This document shows positions 61,387 through 64,000 of a stretch of DNA of 64,000 bases, piece after piece (positions within the stretch are counted from its first letter, which is position 1; each line of letters opens with the position of its first letter). The notes below the pieces were generated by a model, which ran no database searches, was not told the origin of the DNA, and saw only the letters and a list, made by a program, of their open reading frames with translations. The DNA lies in assembly GCA_965248535.1 (NCBI GenBank), contig CBDFJR010000002.1:2176001-2240000 (forward strand). Direction: 5' to 3'. This DNA is from Phormidesmis sp. GTDB lineage: Bacteria > Cyanobacteriota > Cyanobacteriia > Leptolyngbyales > Leptolyngbyaceae. The position numbers and the translations under genes are program-made.

Positions 61387-61757
61387 TCAGACCCATCCCA
61401 AAGAGAAGACTAACCAGCCGATCGCGGCACCTCATAACACCAGCCACACTGCATTGATGCGAAATCGAACCGCTAAAATTGCGCTAGCGATCGCGATCAT
61501 CACAGCCCAAACGTCTACGCAAGGAGTCGTCGATTTTTCTAAGGTTGAGATTGCTAACTGCAACGTGATCCCGATCATCAATGCTAACGCACTTGCATTC
61601 ACTACATTCAAAAACGCAGACGACCATTTTGATCGCTGCAAATAAGGAATTAGAGGATTCAGCGCAACGACCCAGATAAACAAAGGCAAAAAAATTCCTA
61701 CCGTGGCCACCACCGCACCGGGAATGCCTGCGATCACATAGCCGATAAACGTTGCCC
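61387..61757 (-). pseudogene. Chromate transporter (ChrA) C-terminal fragment
   Basis: ATFIGY..AG..GA.VAT.GIFLP...R.S....AFL..VNA; in-frame TGA at 61432-61434; 5' two thirds missing. Confidence 0.78.
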
Positions 61758-61811
61758 CAAACTGGGCAGTCAGAGAAGCCATTCACACCACCATTCAGTA
61801 ACGCCCCGGTT

Positions 61812-62024
61812 CTATCGTTTGGTCACCATTTGCCATAGATATTGCCCAAACTCCCACACCTGCTGCATGAGTTTATCGGCCCCGATGCCAAAAACAAATT
61901 GCATCACGAGCACGATCGCCGCAATCACCAGAGCAGTGCTGACGGTGGCCTTCACGACTTTGATCAGCCAAGTGAAGACCAAAACGGAAATCACGATCGC
62001 TGCCCCAACAAGAATCAAGTTCAT
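61812..62024 (-). CDS. Small membrane protein, hypothetical
   Basis: 70 aa, two hydrophobic segments. Confidence 0.7.
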   Translation of the reverse strand: MNLILVGAAIVISVLVFTWLIKVVKATVSTALVIAAIVLVMQFVFGIGADKLMQQVWEFGQYLWQMVTKR

Positions 62025-62027
62025 AAG

Positions 62028-62855
62028 TCAAAGTCTGTCGCGTCTTTTACAGTATCCTATTGATCGGGAAAAATCGGTATGATTCAGGTCGGCTTGATCA
62101 AATCGAGCATCGGTCAAATTTGTGCCTTGAAAAGACGTAGTAGAGGCGAGTTTGAGCGATCGTAGAATCGATTTAAGCGAGTTTAGCGTCAGCCAAACAT
62201 AGATCAAAGCGGCGATCGCCCAAGCAAATCCGATGCTCTGCTGGGCGCTGAGACTGACGCTAGCTGTCGCACCCAGCAAAAAGGCGGCTGCATAAGTGGT
62301 CACAGTTGTGAGAGTCGCGATCGCGATCTTAATCAACGTCTGATGACCAAAGACGCAAGCCACCAATAGCACCAAACCTGCGGCAATGGCACCCGCGATC
62401 GCGACAGTCGGGTTGTTTCCCGATGCACTCCCGGCATAAAAAAATCCGAGTAATGCGCCCGACACAACTGCCGAGACCGTGCCTGCAAGTCGGCTAATTT
62501 TGAGAGAAATATTTTTTAACAAACTGACCCCAGCACTCGCGCCCGCAAGACTCAAAACTCCATATAAGACCAGCACAAGCGACCAAGCAGAACCATCGGG
62601 TATCTGCCCCAGAGCGCTGAAAATCAACCGAGACAACGCATCTGCGATCAGCAGCGCGATCGCGATCGTGATGCCGCTCAACCCCACAAGTTTTTGGGGC
62701 GAGAGTCCTGCTTTGACCCGCTCAAAATTTGCGCCTGCGAGTTGAGCATGGTTGAAGTTGCAGCCTCGAATATCAGCCCCGCTAAAGTCAGCGCCCTGGA
62801 GATTTTGGTGTTGAAACGATCGCGCCTGAAGATTTTGATTTTTAAAGGAAGTCAT
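62028..62855 (-). CDS. Pentapeptide-repeat membrane protein
   Basis: N- and C-terminal pentapeptide repeats flanking about 6 TM segments. Confidence 0.8.
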   Translation of the reverse strand: MTSFKNQNLQARSFQHQNLQGADFSGADIRGCNFNHAQLAGANFERVKAGLSPQKLVGLSGITIAIALLIADALSRLIFSALGQIPDGSAWSLVLVLYGVLSLAGASAGVSLLKNISLKISRLAGTVSAVVSGALLGFFYAGSASGNNPTVAIAGAIAAGLVLLVACVFGHQTLIKIAIATLTTVTTYAAAFLLGATASVSLSAQQSIGFAWAIAALIYVWLTLNSLKSILRSLKLASTTSFQGTNLTDARFDQADLNHTDFSRSIGYCKRRDRL

Positions 62856-62896
62856 AGAAGAGGCTAAAGTTGAAATGGTTTTCGAGTGCTCAGAGC

Positions 62897-63781
62897 ATGA
62901 ATCAGAATCGTCAATCGCTTGAACATCGATTATGGAGTGGATTGGGAATCGGGTTACTCTTGATGCCCATAGTTGCTTACGGGATGCCGCATTTTTTGCG
63001 TCCGGTTCGCGCTCCTGAGACTCGATCGCTGTTTCAAGGCATCGACTATCGACGCGAGATCCGATCGCTGCCTCGCCCGATCGTGATTCACATCGTCACG
63101 ATCGACTTGACGGCACCCAACGTTCGCGCTTTTGTGACTCCCGGCACGATCATTGACGACACCGAAGTCAACGCCCGCACCACGTCTAGGTTTCTTAGTG
63201 AATTTGGTCTCAAACTGGCAATTAACGCAAATTTTTTCTACCGCTTCCGAGAAGAAACCCCGTGGGATTATTTTCCTCACGCTGGCGATCGGGTGAATAA
63301 TGTGGGACAAGTCACCTCTAATGGGCAAACCTATTCTCCCTCAGAATCTGAGTGGGCAGCGGTTTGTTTTGGGTCTCGCCGAGCGCAGATGATAGAAGGC
63401 ACCTGTCCGGCAGAGACCCTGCAAGCAGTTGCCGGAAACGAGGTGCTGATCAAGGCAGGAAAGCCCGTGGCTAAAGCAGCAAAATCAGATAAGCCCTATC
63501 CCCGATCGGTGGTGGCGATCGATGCAACAGGCAAAAAACTTTGGCTAATTTTAGTAGACGGCAAACAGCGTCTCTACAGCGAAGGCATGACGATCGCAGA
63601 ACTCACTAATTTTGTCCAACAGTTAGGCGTTGATTCGACCCTCAATCTGGATGGCGGCGGATCGGTGACGTTGGCCGTGGCGACTCCCCTCGGTGCAAAA
63701 ATTCTCAATTCCCCGATTCAAAATAAGATTCCGATGAATGAACGCCCTGTTGCGAGTCATTTAGGATTTTACGCAAACTAA
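62897..63781 (+). CDS. Phosphodiester glycosidase (NAGPA/DUF2233) family protein
   Basis: AINANFF, YPRS, VDG.Q, NLDGGGS, ERPV. Confidence 0.82.
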   Translation: MNQNRQSLEHRLWSGLGIGLLLMPIVAYGMPHFLRPVRAPETRSLFQGIDYRREIRSLPRPIVIHIVTIDLTAPNVRAFVTPGTIIDDTEVNARTTSRFLSEFGLKLAINANFFYRFREETPWDYFPHAGDRVNNVGQVTSNGQTYSPSESEWAAVCFGSRRAQMIEGTCPAETLQAVAGNEVLIKAGKPVAKAAKSDKPYPRSVVAIDATGKKLWLILVDGKQRLYSEGMTIAELTNFVQQLGVDSTLNLDGGGSVTLAVATPLGAKILNSPIQNKIPMNERPVASHLGFYAN

Positions 63782-63783
63782 CC

Positions 63784-64000
63784 TCATCTCAACACCCATC
63801 CCAAAAACCGCTCAGTGTAATAGAGCGCTAGCTGATTGCTCACGCCATTAAACACCGCATCAAACGCATGATCTGCCCAGGGAATTTCTAAAAAGACCGC
63901 CTGACTGCCCACAGACTGTAGCCGATCGAATAAGCCTTTACCAAATTTTGCTTGCACAATGTGATCACGACCGCCATAAATCAACAGAGTCGGCGGCATC
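63784..64000 (-). CDS. Alpha/beta hydrolase, C-terminal part (5' end outside window)
   Basis: PPTLLIYG..DH.V, PWADHAFD. Confidence 0.75.
   Translation of the reverse strand, partial: MPPTLLIYGGRDHIVQAKFGKGLFDRLQSVGSQAVFLEIPWADHAFDAVFNGVSNQLALYYTERFLGWVLR

Overview
Cyanobacterial chromosome segment. The very dense HIP1 octamer GCGATCGC and genes such as sqdB/sqdX, cpcT, a cruA-like cyclase, pex, ccb1, glgA, hemC, cysK and an SLH-OprB porin all point to this. About 60 CDS are present: housekeeping and metabolic genes, many two-component proteins, four small toxin-antitoxin (TA)-type cassettes (two with damaged toxins), several gene remnants (NB-ARC/STAND-like C-terminus, IS4 transposase, GST N-terminus, chromate transporter), a 5 x 53 bp REP-like tandem array with dispersed copies, a 172 bp MITE-like element and a transposase-less IS200/IS605 (TnpB) derivative. 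No rRNA, tRNA or CRISPR array was seen. The most unusual signal is that many intergenic regions directly downstream of a stop codon hold a collinear but insertion-expanded, degenerate copy ('echo') of the last 30-230 bp of that same gene. These often begin at a 4-6 nt microhomology spanning the stop codon and often lead into foreign-looking cargo (TA modules, SMI1/KNR4, Uma2, IS or gene fragments). All alignments and family calls were made by eye and need statistical and database confirmation.
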